Assembly: GCA_029259725.1 (NCBI GenBank)
Contig: JAJDER010000045.1
Span: 15,799 to 79,798 of the forward strand
Length of the DNA: 64,000 nucleotides
Origin: Planctomycetota bacterium
Lineage (GTDB): Bacteria > Planctomycetota > B15-G4
Reading direction: 5' to 3'
Made by a program: the position numbers and the translations under genes. Below are positions 48,241 through 57,073 of this stretch, in pieces (the stretch's first letter is position 1; each line of letters starts with the position of its first letter). The notes under the pieces were generated by a model. The model saw only the letters and a program-made list of their open reading frames with translations, did no database searches and was not told where the DNA came from.

Positions 48241-50067
48241 TCAGTCGGAGACGGCCGCCAGCAGGGTCAGGGCGGCGTATCCCGTCGCGAGCGTCGGTGC
48301 GCCTTCCCACCAGCGTGGAGACTGCTCGTTGATCCAGGATCCGTCGGTCCGCTGATCGTCGATCAGGTGTCGCGTCAACTCGGCGCGCCAGGGCACCACG
48401 TGACCGTCGGCGTCGAGGAAGTCCCGGTCGGGGAGCAGCCTCAGCGTCCGGGCCATCGCCAGGTAGTAGTAGTACAGCCCGTCGGAACCCTTCTCGGGCG
48501 GGTCGAAGCCCGGGTTCACATCCACCCGGAAGTTGGCACCGAGCCAGCGCACGGCGGCGACCACGCGGGGGTGGTCGGGCTCGAGGCCGCAGAGCAGGAA
48601 CGACTTGGTCAGGGCGTAGGTCATCGAACCGTAGGAGCGGGCCACCCAGGCGTCCTCGCCGACCCTCAGTTCGCCCGCCGGGCTGTTTCCCGGCATGTAG
48701 GTTGCGCCGCCGTCGGTGCCCGAGACCATCCGACCCCCCTTGGCCCGCGGCCAGGCCATCGGCGCGTCCTCGCCCAGATTCTGGTTCTTCTCGAGGAACT
48801 CCATGGCCCGTGTGAAGAACGGGTCGTCGGTGGGGGTACCGGCGCGGCGGGCGGCCTCCACGGCCATCTGGGTGTTCGAGAGGTCCGGGCGTTCGTCACC
48901 GCCGTAGCCGATCCCGCCGTAGTGGGGATCGTGTTCGGAACTGTAACCCTCGCCCTCATCGGCCTGGGCCTCGAGCAGGAAGCGGCGGGCCCGCTCGACG
49001 ACCGTCGCGTCTGCCGGGCGGCCGCCATCCAGCAGCGCGTCGATCGCCGCCGCGGTGGTGTAGACCGCGAGGCCCATGTCGTAGATCGCGCCGTCGGGCT
49101 TCTGAAGCGCGACGAGGTAGTCGAGACCGTCGTCCACCCAGGCCGGAGTCGGGCGCTCGAGTTCGGCGGCAAGGCCGATCGCAGCGGAGAGGCACAGCGC
49201 GGTGATGCCGGGTTCGGGGCCGGACCAACCCGGCAGCTCGAGACCGAAGCGACCCTGCTCCTGGTGGTCGTCGAGAAAGCGTGCCGCGTCCTCCAGGGCC
49301 GCCGTCAGCTCGCGGCCCGGGACGACGTGGGGCGGTGGTCCCGGGAGCTCGACATCGGCCGTCTGGGGAACGTTCGTGACGGGCACGCCATGGCACGCGA
49401 TGACCGTGTCGAGGTCGGCCAGCAGGTCGGCCAACGAGGCCTCGGCGCGGGAGGCGGGGAGCGGCGGCAGGGCGCGGGGGACGAGGCCCCTCAGCCGTGC
49501 CGCGCGGGCCCAGCGAGTCCAGCCGGCGACCTCGTCGGTCGCGGGCTCGGCCAGCGTTTCTGCGCGGTCGGCGGCCAGGACCAGGAGTTCGAGGTCCGCG
49601 TCGTCGGGCGGCCTGGGCCAGGCGAGGTCGACCAGCTCCACGTGCATGCCTTCGACGGTCCTGAGCGCCATGAGGACGTCGTGATCGGCAGGAATCGGAA
49701 CCGTGGCGATGCGTTCCAGGGCCGCATCGCGGACGTCCGTGAAGCGCGGCGTGATGGTGCCCGCCAGGCCCAGCACCAGCTTGGCGTCCTCACGCACCGT
49801 CCCGTGCTCCGCGGTCGCACGCTCGGCGACGAGCCACTCGGCCGCGCGGCGGAAGAAGGGGCCGTCCAGCTCGTTGTAGCGGCGAGGCGAGCGGGCCAGG
49901 GCCGACAGCACGTCACAGGTGTCGTGGAAGCCGTCGCCGTAGTGGCCAGCGTCGTGCTGCAGGGCGCGAATCTGGCGAACGAGGCCATCCGCTGCTCCCT
50001 GGGTATCCTGGGCGGTGACCGGGCTGACGAGGACCAGCAACGCGCAGAGCAGGGACAGGGGGTGCAT
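48241..50067 (-). CDS. Secreted prenyltransferase / squalene-oxidase repeat protein (terpenoid-cyclase-like alpha/alpha barrel).
   Basis: The start is the ATG at 50067, giving signal peptide MHPLSLLCALLVLVSPVTAQD. Repeats with the Q-W-like pattern are present (DGSWINEQSPRWWEG..., PDGAIYDMG, YGGIGYGGDERPDLSNTQMAVEA). Confidence 0.6.
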   Translation of the reverse strand: MHPLSLLCALLVLVSPVTAQDTQGAADGLVRQIRALQHDAGHYGDGFHDTCDVLSALARSPRRYNELDGPFFRRAAEWLVAERATAEHGTVREDAKLVLGLAGTITPRFTDVRDAALERIATVPIPADHDVLMALRTVEGMHVELVDLAWPRPPDDADLELLVLAADRAETLAEPATDEVAGWTRWARAARLRGLVPRALPPLPASRAEASLADLLADLDTVIACHGVPVTNVPQTADVELPGPPPHVVPGRELTAALEDAARFLDDHQEQGRFGLELPGWSGPEPGITALCLSAAIGLAAELERPTPAWVDDGLDYLVALQKPDGAIYDMGLAVYTTAAAIDALLDGGRPADATVVERARRFLLEAQADEGEGYSSEHDPHYGGIGYGGDERPDLSNTQMAVEAARRAGTPTDDPFFTRAMEFLEKNQNLGEDAPMAWPRAKGGRMVSGTDGGATYMPGNSPAGELRVGEDAWVARSYGSMTYALTKSFLLCGLEPDHPRVVAAVRWLGANFRVDVNPGFDPPEKGSDGLYYYYLAMARTLRLLPDRDFLDADGHVVPWRAELTRHLIDDQRTDGSWINEQSPRWWEGAPTLATGYAALTLLAAVSD

Positions 50068-50178
50068 CGAGGGACTCCAGCTGGTCGGGTGCGCCCCCTT
50101 ATCTTGCCGCCTCCAGGCGACTCCAGGCAACCGGGACGGGCGCCTCACCCACCGACCCGGTTAGTCCCGAGGGGGGTC

Positions 50179-52107
50179 CTAGAAACCGAGAGCGAGGAGG
50201 TTCCGGACCGCCGTGCTGCGGGTGAAGTAGTTGTCGTCCGCGGCCAGCCTCGAGAGCGCCGGGCGTCGATCGACGTCGAACAGCTGCCCCATCGCGGCGA
50301 CGGCATAGGTCGTGGTCACGCCTCGCGGCCCCTCCCGCTCGACCAGCTGCATGAGTGGGCCGATGGCGTCTTCGTCGCCCATGAAGGCGATGCCGATGGA
50401 GGCCATGCTCGCCACGAAGGGGTTGTTGGTGGTCCGGATGAGGTCGACCAGGGCGGGCACCGAGCTGCGGTCACCGAGGATCCCGAGACCGAGTGCGGCG
50501 TTGCGCAGGACGACGGGGTTCGTCGATCGCTTGACCACGCCCTGCAGGATCGGAGCCGCCGCAGCCTGACCCGACATGCCCAGGCCGAGAGCCGCGTAGC
50601 CAGCCACCGAACGGACGCTCGAGTCGAGGACGAGTGCGCCGAGGACGGACACGCCCCGCTCGCTCCGAGTGAGGCCCAGGGCCACGGCTAGGGCGCCCAG
50701 TGTGTCGCTGTTCGGTTCCCGGGCCATGCGGTCGATGAGGAGTGCCGGGATCTCGTCGTCCTGGCTCGGGCGCGCCGCCAAGCCCAGGCCGAGGGCGAGC
50801 CAGGGGCGCATGTCCGCCGCGTGGTCCTGGAAGCTCGCGGTCAGGACCTGCTTGGCTTGCTCGCCGCCGATGCGACCCAGGGCGATGGCGGCGAAGTGCC
50901 GAGCGGAGGCGTCGCTCTCGGTCTCGAGCATGCCGGCCAGGTGCTCGATCACGCGGGTCGAGCCGGGATACGCGACGATTCCCAGCGCCAGTGTCGCGGC
51001 GCGCTTGGGCTCCAGGTCGTTGTTGCTGGCGGCGAGTTTGACCAGGGCCGGCGTGACGGTCGGATCCCCGATGCGTCCGAGGGCGGTGGCCGCGGCCGAG
51101 CGCACGTACTCAGGACGCTTGCGGTCGAAGGCGAGGTCCATGAGCGGCTGGATCGAGCGCACCGAGCCCATCAGTCCCGCCGCGTCGGCAACGGTCGAGA
51201 GCAGCTCGTCGTTCATGCCCTCGCGCTGCTCGAGCAGCTCGAGGACGACCGCCTCCGCGCGTCGATCACCTCGCAGAGCCGCGGTGACGAGCGCGGTCCC
51301 GCGGTCTTCGATCGACAGCGTGGACTCGGTACCGAGCAGGTGCTTGCCGACGTCACTGCTGTCGATCAGGTTCAGCAGCATGTAGCTGGCCCGGCCCGAG
51401 TCGACGAGACCGAGGGCGAGCATGGCCGAGCGGCGGACGTCGTAGTTCTCGTCGGTGAGCAGCTTGCGGGCGAGGTCCACGCCTTCGGCGTCGCGAAGCT
51501 TGCCCAGTGCGACGATCGCAGCACCGCGCACGGCCGCGTCGTCGGACGCCGCCAGCGAACGGCACACCGGGATGACCTTCTCGCGGATCAGGCGGCGGAC
51601 GTCCGCCATGCGGATCTCGCGCGCCTCGGCGGTCTCGACGCGGAGCCCCTGCTGGTCGAGGGGGGCGTCATAGCTGCGGCGCAGGCTGATGAACTCGAAC
51701 TTGTTGGTCTCCCACCAGCGCGCCCAGTCGTCATTCTGGATCATGACCGTCGTGGCGCCGAGATTGTCGCCGATGCCGCCACGGCCGCCCGACACCAGGC
51801 TGCTCGGGGCGCCTGCACCGCCGCGCGCGGAAGAGCCGCGCAGGGCACGCTTTGCCCCACCCTGCGCCCCTGCGTTCGAGCCGGGGCCGACGGATCCACC
51901 GCCGTCGCCACCGGAGTCGTCGCCCGGGTACTCGGTGTCCGGCGGCGGAGTGTACTGGCCGCCGCCGAATCCCGGCGGCGTGAACACTGACGGAGGTTCG
52001 GCGGGTCCGGTGTTGCCGACGCCCGGTGGGCCGACGGACTGGGCACCAAGCGGAGCCGCCGCGGCCGCCAGAAGCAGTACCGAGCAGAATCGGGAGAGGG
52101 GGATCAT
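50179..52107 (-). CDS. Secreted HEAT-repeat (PBS-lyase HEAT-like) protein.
   Basis: The signal peptide is MIPLSRFCSVLLLAAAAAPLGAQS, followed by a Gly/Pro-rich low-complexity region. Then come more than 10 HEAT-like repeats (VRGAAIVALGKL, VRRSAMLALGLV, VRSAAATALGRIGDP, KRAATLALGIV, ARHFAAIALGRIGG...). Confidence 0.55.
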   Translation of the reverse strand: MIPLSRFCSVLLLAAAAAPLGAQSVGPPGVGNTGPAEPPSVFTPPGFGGGQYTPPPDTEYPGDDSGGDGGGSVGPGSNAGAQGGAKRALRGSSARGGAGAPSSLVSGGRGGIGDNLGATTVMIQNDDWARWWETNKFEFISLRRSYDAPLDQQGLRVETAEAREIRMADVRRLIREKVIPVCRSLAASDDAAVRGAAIVALGKLRDAEGVDLARKLLTDENYDVRRSAMLALGLVDSGRASYMLLNLIDSSDVGKHLLGTESTLSIEDRGTALVTAALRGDRRAEAVVLELLEQREGMNDELLSTVADAAGLMGSVRSIQPLMDLAFDRKRPEYVRSAAATALGRIGDPTVTPALVKLAASNNDLEPKRAATLALGIVAYPGSTRVIEHLAGMLETESDASARHFAAIALGRIGGEQAKQVLTASFQDHAADMRPWLALGLGLAARPSQDDEIPALLIDRMAREPNSDTLGALAVALGLTRSERGVSVLGALVLDSSVRSVAGYAALGLGMSGQAAAAPILQGVVKRSTNPVVLRNAALGLGILGDRSSVPALVDLIRTTNNPFVASMASIGIAFMGDEDAIGPLMQLVEREGPRGVTTTYAVAAMGQLFDVDRRPALSRLAADDNYFTRSTAVRNLLALGF

Positions 52108-52385
52108 GCGCGTTGTGACTCGATGGAGCGTGGGCGGCACCCGGGAAAGGGCGCGCCGGAAGACGCGACGGCCGAGGGGGCTCTTGCATCCCTCTTGCTT
52201 ATCGGCCGTCCATCCGACGGCTGGTTCTAAGTCGTCCCGTCTCAGCGCATTACGGACGACAGGGAGGGACGCTGCAAGCCTGGGGCGAGATTCGGGAGTG
52301 AGAGCAGTCCACTACAGCTCGGGCGCCGTGGCCGCCGCCCGGCGGGAATGATGATTCTGCCTCGCCGTCGGGCTGGCTCGCCGAG

Positions 52386-52994
52386 ATGTCCGCGGGCGGT
52401 TCAAGTCGCCTGGGTGGGTCTCCGAGAAGGGTGAGCGACACCGCAGACCCACTTGGAGTGCCCTACGTGAACCCCACCCGTGACAGAGCCCCCCGTCGCG
52501 GCTCGCGCCGCAGCCTCAGCGGCGCAACCTTCGCGGAGGTCATGCTTTCCGCCGCGATCATCGGTACGACGGTCGTGGGCGCCATGGCCTCCCTGCAGAG
52601 CACGGCGGAGGTGTTCCACTACTTCTCCGATGGGCCACATGAAGCCCTGATGCTCGCCCAGGAGATCCACGAGGCGGCCATGTTGCTTCCGTGGGAAGAG
52701 GGCGGCGAGTCGGCCGGTTTCGGCCCCCAGATCTCGATTCTCGGCGACTTCCACGACCAGACCTTCAAGCCGCCGAAGTCCGCCGAGTTCGACAACATCG
52801 TGAGCCACAAGCTGTGGCGGCAGTCCGTGGAGGTCGTCCAGGTGGACCTTACGGACCCCTCCGTCGTCATCGAGAGCCCCGAGTCGTTCTCCGGCGACAC
52901 GCTCACGGAACTGCGGGTCCTGATCCACTCCGAGGACGGGACCGAGATGGGCACCTTCAGTTGGTGGATGACGGAACCCGAAGACGACGGGTGA
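52386..52994 (+). CDS. Pseudopilin-like protein with a degenerate prepilin cleavage motif.
   Basis: ...RRSLSG|ATFAEVMLSAAIIGTTVVGAMASL has Gly at -1, Glu at +5 and a hydrophobic helix. The start is either the ATG at 52386 or the in-frame GTG at 52467, which has GGAG 8 nt upstream. Confidence 0.45.
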   Translation: MSAGGSSRLGGSPRRVSDTADPLGVPYVNPTRDRAPRRGSRRSLSGATFAEVMLSAAIIGTTVVGAMASLQSTAEVFHYFSDGPHEALMLAQEIHEAAMLLPWEEGGESAGFGPQISILGDFHDQTFKPPKSAEFDNIVSHKLWRQSVEVVQVDLTDPSVVIESPESFSGDTLTELRVLIHSEDGTEMGTFSWWMTEPEDDG

Positions 52995-53034
52995 TCGCCG
53001 TCCCGCCGACCCAGCCCCTCCACCCCCGACACCC

Positions 53035-54051
53035 ATGAGATCCACATCGATGAAGAACCACCGGCGATCCCCACGGCGACACAAGTCGCGCGGCTGGGTC
53101 CTGATCGCATCCCTGCTCATCTCCTCCATGCTCGCCGCCTTGACGGTGACGTGGGCCCGCCACGCCGTGCTCGCGAAGAAGAGCCTGGAGGTGGACAGCG
53201 GTGCGAGCGAATCCGAGGAAGCCACCCGCTCCGGCCTGGAGCGCACCCGTGAGCGCATGCGCATGGGCGAGCTTCCCGGCGGCTGCGAGACCGGCACCGA
53301 GGACTCGATCGAGACCAACGGCCGCATCGTCATGAGCGAGCGGCACGAGGACGGTCACGACCGTCGTGAGATCCGCGTCCGGACCCGCAAGGTCGAGACT
53401 CCCGAGGAGGACGAGGCCAACGTGCGCGCTCGCACCGAGGTCGTCCCCGGTGGTGGCAGCTCGAAGCGCCGTGCCCGCCTCAACTGCGAGGAGGGCACCG
53501 CGGTGCTCGCTTCGGGCCTGCTCACCATCATCAGTGACGACACGACTCTTCAGGACGTCTCGCTCGCCGGACACTTCCTGCTCGAGCCAGGCGTCGAGCT
53601 GACCCTGGACAACGTCCAGCTGCGCGGCACGATCCTCACGCGCGCCGGGCTCTGCGAGGACGAGCCGCTGCAGGAGGGCTCCTCACGCCCCAGTGTCCGT
53701 GTCTTCGGCGACGTGCGCTTGCTCGCCGGCACGGAACTCCCGGGCGTGGCCATGGTCGCGCCGGATGCGCGGTTCGAGACCGATCTCTCCTCGCGTGTCG
53801 AGGTGCGCGGTTTCGCGGCTGTCGACGAGCTGAAGATCCGTGGCAGAGGCACCGCGCGCGGCATGCTCGTCGCGTACAGCGACGAGGAGATCAGCGACGA
53901 CGTCTCGCGCCCGGGCTACGGCCGTGGCGTGCAGTCCTGGCCGGACAAGATCGACCCCGGTGCCGAGCGCGTGGTGCGCATCGCCTTCCCGGTGGACGAA
54001 GTGCCCGAAGCCACGCTCGATGCCATGGACGACTACGAGATCGACGACTGA
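53035..54051 (+). CDS. GspK-like minor pseudopilin / hypothetical secreted protein.
   Basis: An N-terminal basic stretch is followed by a single hydrophobic helix (RGWVLIASLLISSMLAALTVTW). The remainder is acidic/basic low-complexity plus a beta-rich domain. This is a weak assignment. Confidence 0.4.
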   Translation: MRSTSMKNHRRSPRRHKSRGWVLIASLLISSMLAALTVTWARHAVLAKKSLEVDSGASESEEATRSGLERTRERMRMGELPGGCETGTEDSIETNGRIVMSERHEDGHDRREIRVRTRKVETPEEDEANVRARTEVVPGGGSSKRRARLNCEEGTAVLASGLLTIISDDTTLQDVSLAGHFLLEPGVELTLDNVQLRGTILTRAGLCEDEPLQEGSSRPSVRVFGDVRLLAGTELPGVAMVAPDARFETDLSSRVEVRGFAAVDELKIRGRGTARGMLVAYSDEEISDDVSRPGYGRGVQSWPDKIDPGAERVVRIAFPVDEVPEATLDAMDDYEIDD

Positions 54052-54054
54052 TCG

Positions 54055-54552
54055 ATGATGACCTCGACGCGCACGAATCGCGGTTTCACGCTGATCGAAC
54101 TGCTGATCGTCTCGGCCGTGTTGATGATGCTCGCGCTCATCGCCATGCCTGCTGGCGGGATGAACGACCACCGCAAGCTCGACATCATCCAGCTCGCGGT
54201 GCAGGACGCTCTCGACGTCGCGCAGCGCCAGTCCTACAAGTCCGGCGTTCCCTATGGCGTGCGCTTCGGCACGAACGCAGGCGGCTGGTTCGCCGTCGTC
54301 AACGAAGCCGGCATCCCCATCGAAGACCCGCTCAGTCACGGCTCGTACGTCGTGCGCCTGAGCGACCCCGGTCATCCCACGAACGTCACCATCGAGTACG
54401 CCATCTTCGGGCTGCGTCCCGTCGCTGCGTACGACGAGAAGGGCGTGCTGGTCCAAGGGGGCCAGATCCATCTACGGGCCGGCGACCAGGTGCGCTGGCT
54501 TCAGCTCACCACGGCGAGCCCCGAGCTCGAGGTGGTCCCGGCCACGCCGTAG
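54055..54552 (+). CDS. Type II secretion / type IV pilus pseudopilin (GspG/GspH-like) with a canonical prepilin N-terminal methylation motif.
   Basis: MMTSTRTNRG|FTLIELLIVSAVLMMLALIAM has the G-FTLIEL consensus with Glu at +5. Confidence 0.75.
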   Translation: MMTSTRTNRGFTLIELLIVSAVLMMLALIAMPAGGMNDHRKLDIIQLAVQDALDVAQRQSYKSGVPYGVRFGTNAGGWFAVVNEAGIPIEDPLSHGSYVVRLSDPGHPTNVTIEYAIFGLRPVAAYDEKGVLVQGGQIHLRAGDQVRWLQLTTASPELEVVPATP

Positions 54553-54586
54553 TCCGGCCCGGGACCAGAAGAAGGAGACAAGAGAG

Positions 54587-55966
54587 TTGAAGAGGCGCAA
54601 GTCCGGAAGCATCGGAATTGTCATCGGTGACGGCATGTTGCGTGCCGCCCAGCACGTCGACGGACGCCTTGTGTCCGCGACCGTTCCGGCCGACGACAAT
54701 CTCGACAATCTGAAGAAGAGCATGCGACAGCTGCTCTCCGCCGCACCCTTTTCAGGGCGCGACGTCGTGCTCGGCCTCGAGGGCAAGTCCGTCCTCGTCG
54801 AGTCGCTGGTCGTCCCTCCGCACCATGCCAAGTCGATCCGGTCGTTCTGCGCGGACCGCCTGAAGGGGGACCCGCTGTTCGACAGCAGCAAGGCTGCCCA
54901 CGGCGTGTCCTCCGGTACGGCCAAGAGTGAGCAGGGACGGGGGGCAACCCTCGCCGTGTTGGCGGCGATCAACTCCGACCGCCTGGAGACGATCATCCGC
55001 ACCTGCCGCGAGATGGAACTCGTGGTGATCTCGGTCGAAGCCGCTCCGCTCGCCGCCTGGCGCGCCTGGAGTGGGGAAGGCGTCCAAGCGCGCTTCCTCC
55101 GCTCCGACAAGGGCGACGTCGTCCTGGCCGGCCAGGACGATCAGCTGCTCTTCTGCCGCGTCGTGCCGGGGTCGATCTCGCTCGCCGAGCTCTCCACGAC
55201 CCTCTCGCGCGCCACGACCCTGCTGGGTGCCCAGGAGCTCGACCGGCTCGAAGCCACGGGTCTGTCCGAAGCCGACATGCAGATCCTCTCCGGTGACCTG
55301 GGCATGAACGTGTCCTCGCCCCAGGAGGAGATGCCCGACGCTGCGGCGGCCGGCCTCGCCGCCGAAGGCCTCCCGCTGATCGACTTCACGCCTCCCGAGG
55401 AGCGCGTGCTCCGCGAGAAGCGTCGCGTGCGCAAGATGCGCATCGGCGTGAGTGGTGTGGCCACGGCACTGGTCGCTGCCATCGCCATCATGGGGCAGCA
55501 GCAGCTCGGCGGCCTGGTGGACGAGCACATCGCCCTCGCCGCCCGGGTCGACCAGATCCGGGACACGCGCTCCCAACTCGAGGCGCTCCAGAAGGAGGTC
55601 CAGGTCCAGCAGGCCAACGAGACCGTCATCAACGAGGCCCGCCCGGGCCACAACATGTCGACGCTCTTCCAGCTGGTCAGCCGTGCCGCCACGTCCTCGA
55701 TCTCCTTCGAGACGATCCAGTGCGAAGACCGGCCCGATCCGTCGGTGCCGATCGACCAGCGTGACGACGGCCCGATCCGCCGCATGCTCGAGATCCAGCT
55801 GAACGGCCTGGCCGCGAACGGCATCGCCGTGCGCGACTACGCCGACGTCCTGCTCAGCACCAAGGCGTTCACGGACGTCCGAGTCGAGTCGAGCGAGCGC
55901 GTGCTGCTCGGCGCCGGCACCGAGGGTGAGCGATTCCGCATCTACGCGCGCGCGGAGACCCGGTGA
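54587..55966 (+). CDS. GspL-like protein: cytoplasmic actin-like (PilM-like) domain, single TM helix, periplasmic PilN-like coiled-coil domain.
   Basis: It starts at a TTG at 54587 with a GAAGGAGA Shine-Dalgarno sequence 8 nt upstream. The N-terminus reads IGIVIGDGMLRAAQ. The TM helix reads IGVSGVATALVAAIAIMG and is followed by a coiled coil. Confidence 0.6.
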   Translation: MKRRKSGSIGIVIGDGMLRAAQHVDGRLVSATVPADDNLDNLKKSMRQLLSAAPFSGRDVVLGLEGKSVLVESLVVPPHHAKSIRSFCADRLKGDPLFDSSKAAHGVSSGTAKSEQGRGATLAVLAAINSDRLETIIRTCREMELVVISVEAAPLAAWRAWSGEGVQARFLRSDKGDVVLAGQDDQLLFCRVVPGSISLAELSTTLSRATTLLGAQELDRLEATGLSEADMQILSGDLGMNVSSPQEEMPDAAAAGLAAEGLPLIDFTPPEERVLREKRRVRKMRIGVSGVATALVAAIAIMGQQQLGGLVDEHIALAARVDQIRDTRSQLEALQKEVQVQQANETVINEARPGHNMSTLFQLVSRAATSSISFETIQCEDRPDPSVPIDQRDDGPIRRMLEIQLNGLAANGIAVRDYADVLLSTKAFTDVRVESSERVLLGAGTEGERFRIYARAETR

Positions 55967-56490
55967 TGAAGTTCGGAGCACATATCGCCGTCACGGGGAT
56001 GGCCCTCGCGGTCGCCTCCGCTGGCGTCCTCTTCCCGATCTACGGCAAGGTCGGAGGACTTCAGGAGGAAGTCGCGAGCCTCGAGGCCGAGCAGGCCACG
56101 GGGGGAGCCATCGAAGCGCAGTTCATGCAGCTCGAGGCCGAGAAGCGTGACCTGGAGGAACGCATCGCGGGCCGCCAGTTCCGACTGCTTCCCGACAACC
56201 AGGAGGCGCATCACAACTTCGAGACGCGCCTGCTGCAGCTCGTCGGTGACTCCGGGTTGAACAGCGTCCGGACCGGCCGCGGCAAGGACGCGGTGGGCGG
56301 ACTCTACCGCCACCTGGACTGGGAACTCGTGGTCGAAGGCGCTGCCGGAGACCTGGACCGCTTCCTGATCTCGCTCGAGCGCATCGAGTGGGTGACGCGG
56401 GTGCAGTCGCTGCAGGTCGAGCCTGGCGACGAGATGCGTCGCATCACGATGAAGATCGCCGTGATGCTCGAGACGAAGGGAAACGCATGA
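55963..56490 (+). CDS. GspM/PilO-like bitopic inner-membrane protein.
   Basis: It overlaps the upstream stop by ATGA. An N-terminal TM helix (IAVTGMALAVASAGVLF) is followed by a coiled coil and then a ferredoxin-like periplasmic domain. Confidence 0.5.
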   Translation: MMKFGAHIAVTGMALAVASAGVLFPIYGKVGGLQEEVASLEAEQATGGAIEAQFMQLEAEKRDLEERIAGRQFRLLPDNQEAHHNFETRLLQLVGDSGLNSVRTGRGKDAVGGLYRHLDWELVVEGAAGDLDRFLISLERIEWVTRVQSLQVEPGDEMRRITMKIAVMLETKGNA

Positions 56491-57053
56491 AGAACCCGCC
56501 CAACAACGCCGCGAAGATCCAGGCGGCCAAGCAGAAGAAGCAGTTGATGATGCTGGGCGTGCTCGCCCTGGTGCTCGTCGCCGTCCTGTTCGTGCAGTTT
56601 GGCAGCGAGGACGGCGCGCCCGAGATCGTGGCCATGGCTGCGCCCGAGGAGCACTTCAACGCCGATGCCTCCGACGACGAAGCGGTGGTCCTGAACGTCG
56701 CCGGCCCGGTCGCCGACAACTCGGTGTTGAACCAGGCGCCCGATTACGAGGGCATGACCACCAACCCCTTCAAGAACTTCTGGAACACGCCCGTCGAGGA
56801 CGCCCCCGAGGTCGTCCAGGAGGTCATGCCTCCGTCGGTCGTCCTCAACGGAACGCTCACCGCGGACGCCGAGGTGCCGATGGCCCTCATCGACGGCTCG
56901 TTGCGATTCATCGGTGACGACGTCGGCGGGTGGGAACTGGCCGAGGTGCGTTCCCGCTCCGTGATCCTCAGGGCGCCGACCCAAGAGTGGGTTGTCGTCG
57001 AGATGCCGCTGCTCCGGGCCGAGATCCACGCGCCCGTGGCCATCGACGGCTGA
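56487..57053 (+). CDS. PilP/GspC-like periplasmic protein (secretin-interacting).
   Basis: It overlaps the upstream stop by ATGA. An N-terminal TM helix reads LMMLGVLALVLVAVLF. A C-terminal beta domain reads VVLNGTLTADAEVPMALIDGSLRFIGDDVGGWELAEVRSRSVIL, resembling the PilP/GspC HR domain. Confidence 0.4.
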   Translation: MKNPPNNAAKIQAAKQKKQLMMLGVLALVLVAVLFVQFGSEDGAPEIVAMAAPEEHFNADASDDEAVVLNVAGPVADNSVLNQAPDYEGMTTNPFKNFWNTPVEDAPEVVQEVMPPSVVLNGTLTADAEVPMALIDGSLRFIGDDVGGWELAEVRSRSVILRAPTQEWVVVEMPLLRAEIHAPVAIDG

Positions 57054-57073
57054 GAACCCGCCTGGAGGCTCCG

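Noticed and set aside
52184-52198. A sigma-54-like spacing, TTGCATC-N4-TTGC, upstream of the pseudopilin gene cluster.
   Set aside because: The -24 element lacks the essential GG dinucleotide (it reads TTGCAT, not TGGCAC). It is probably a chance match.
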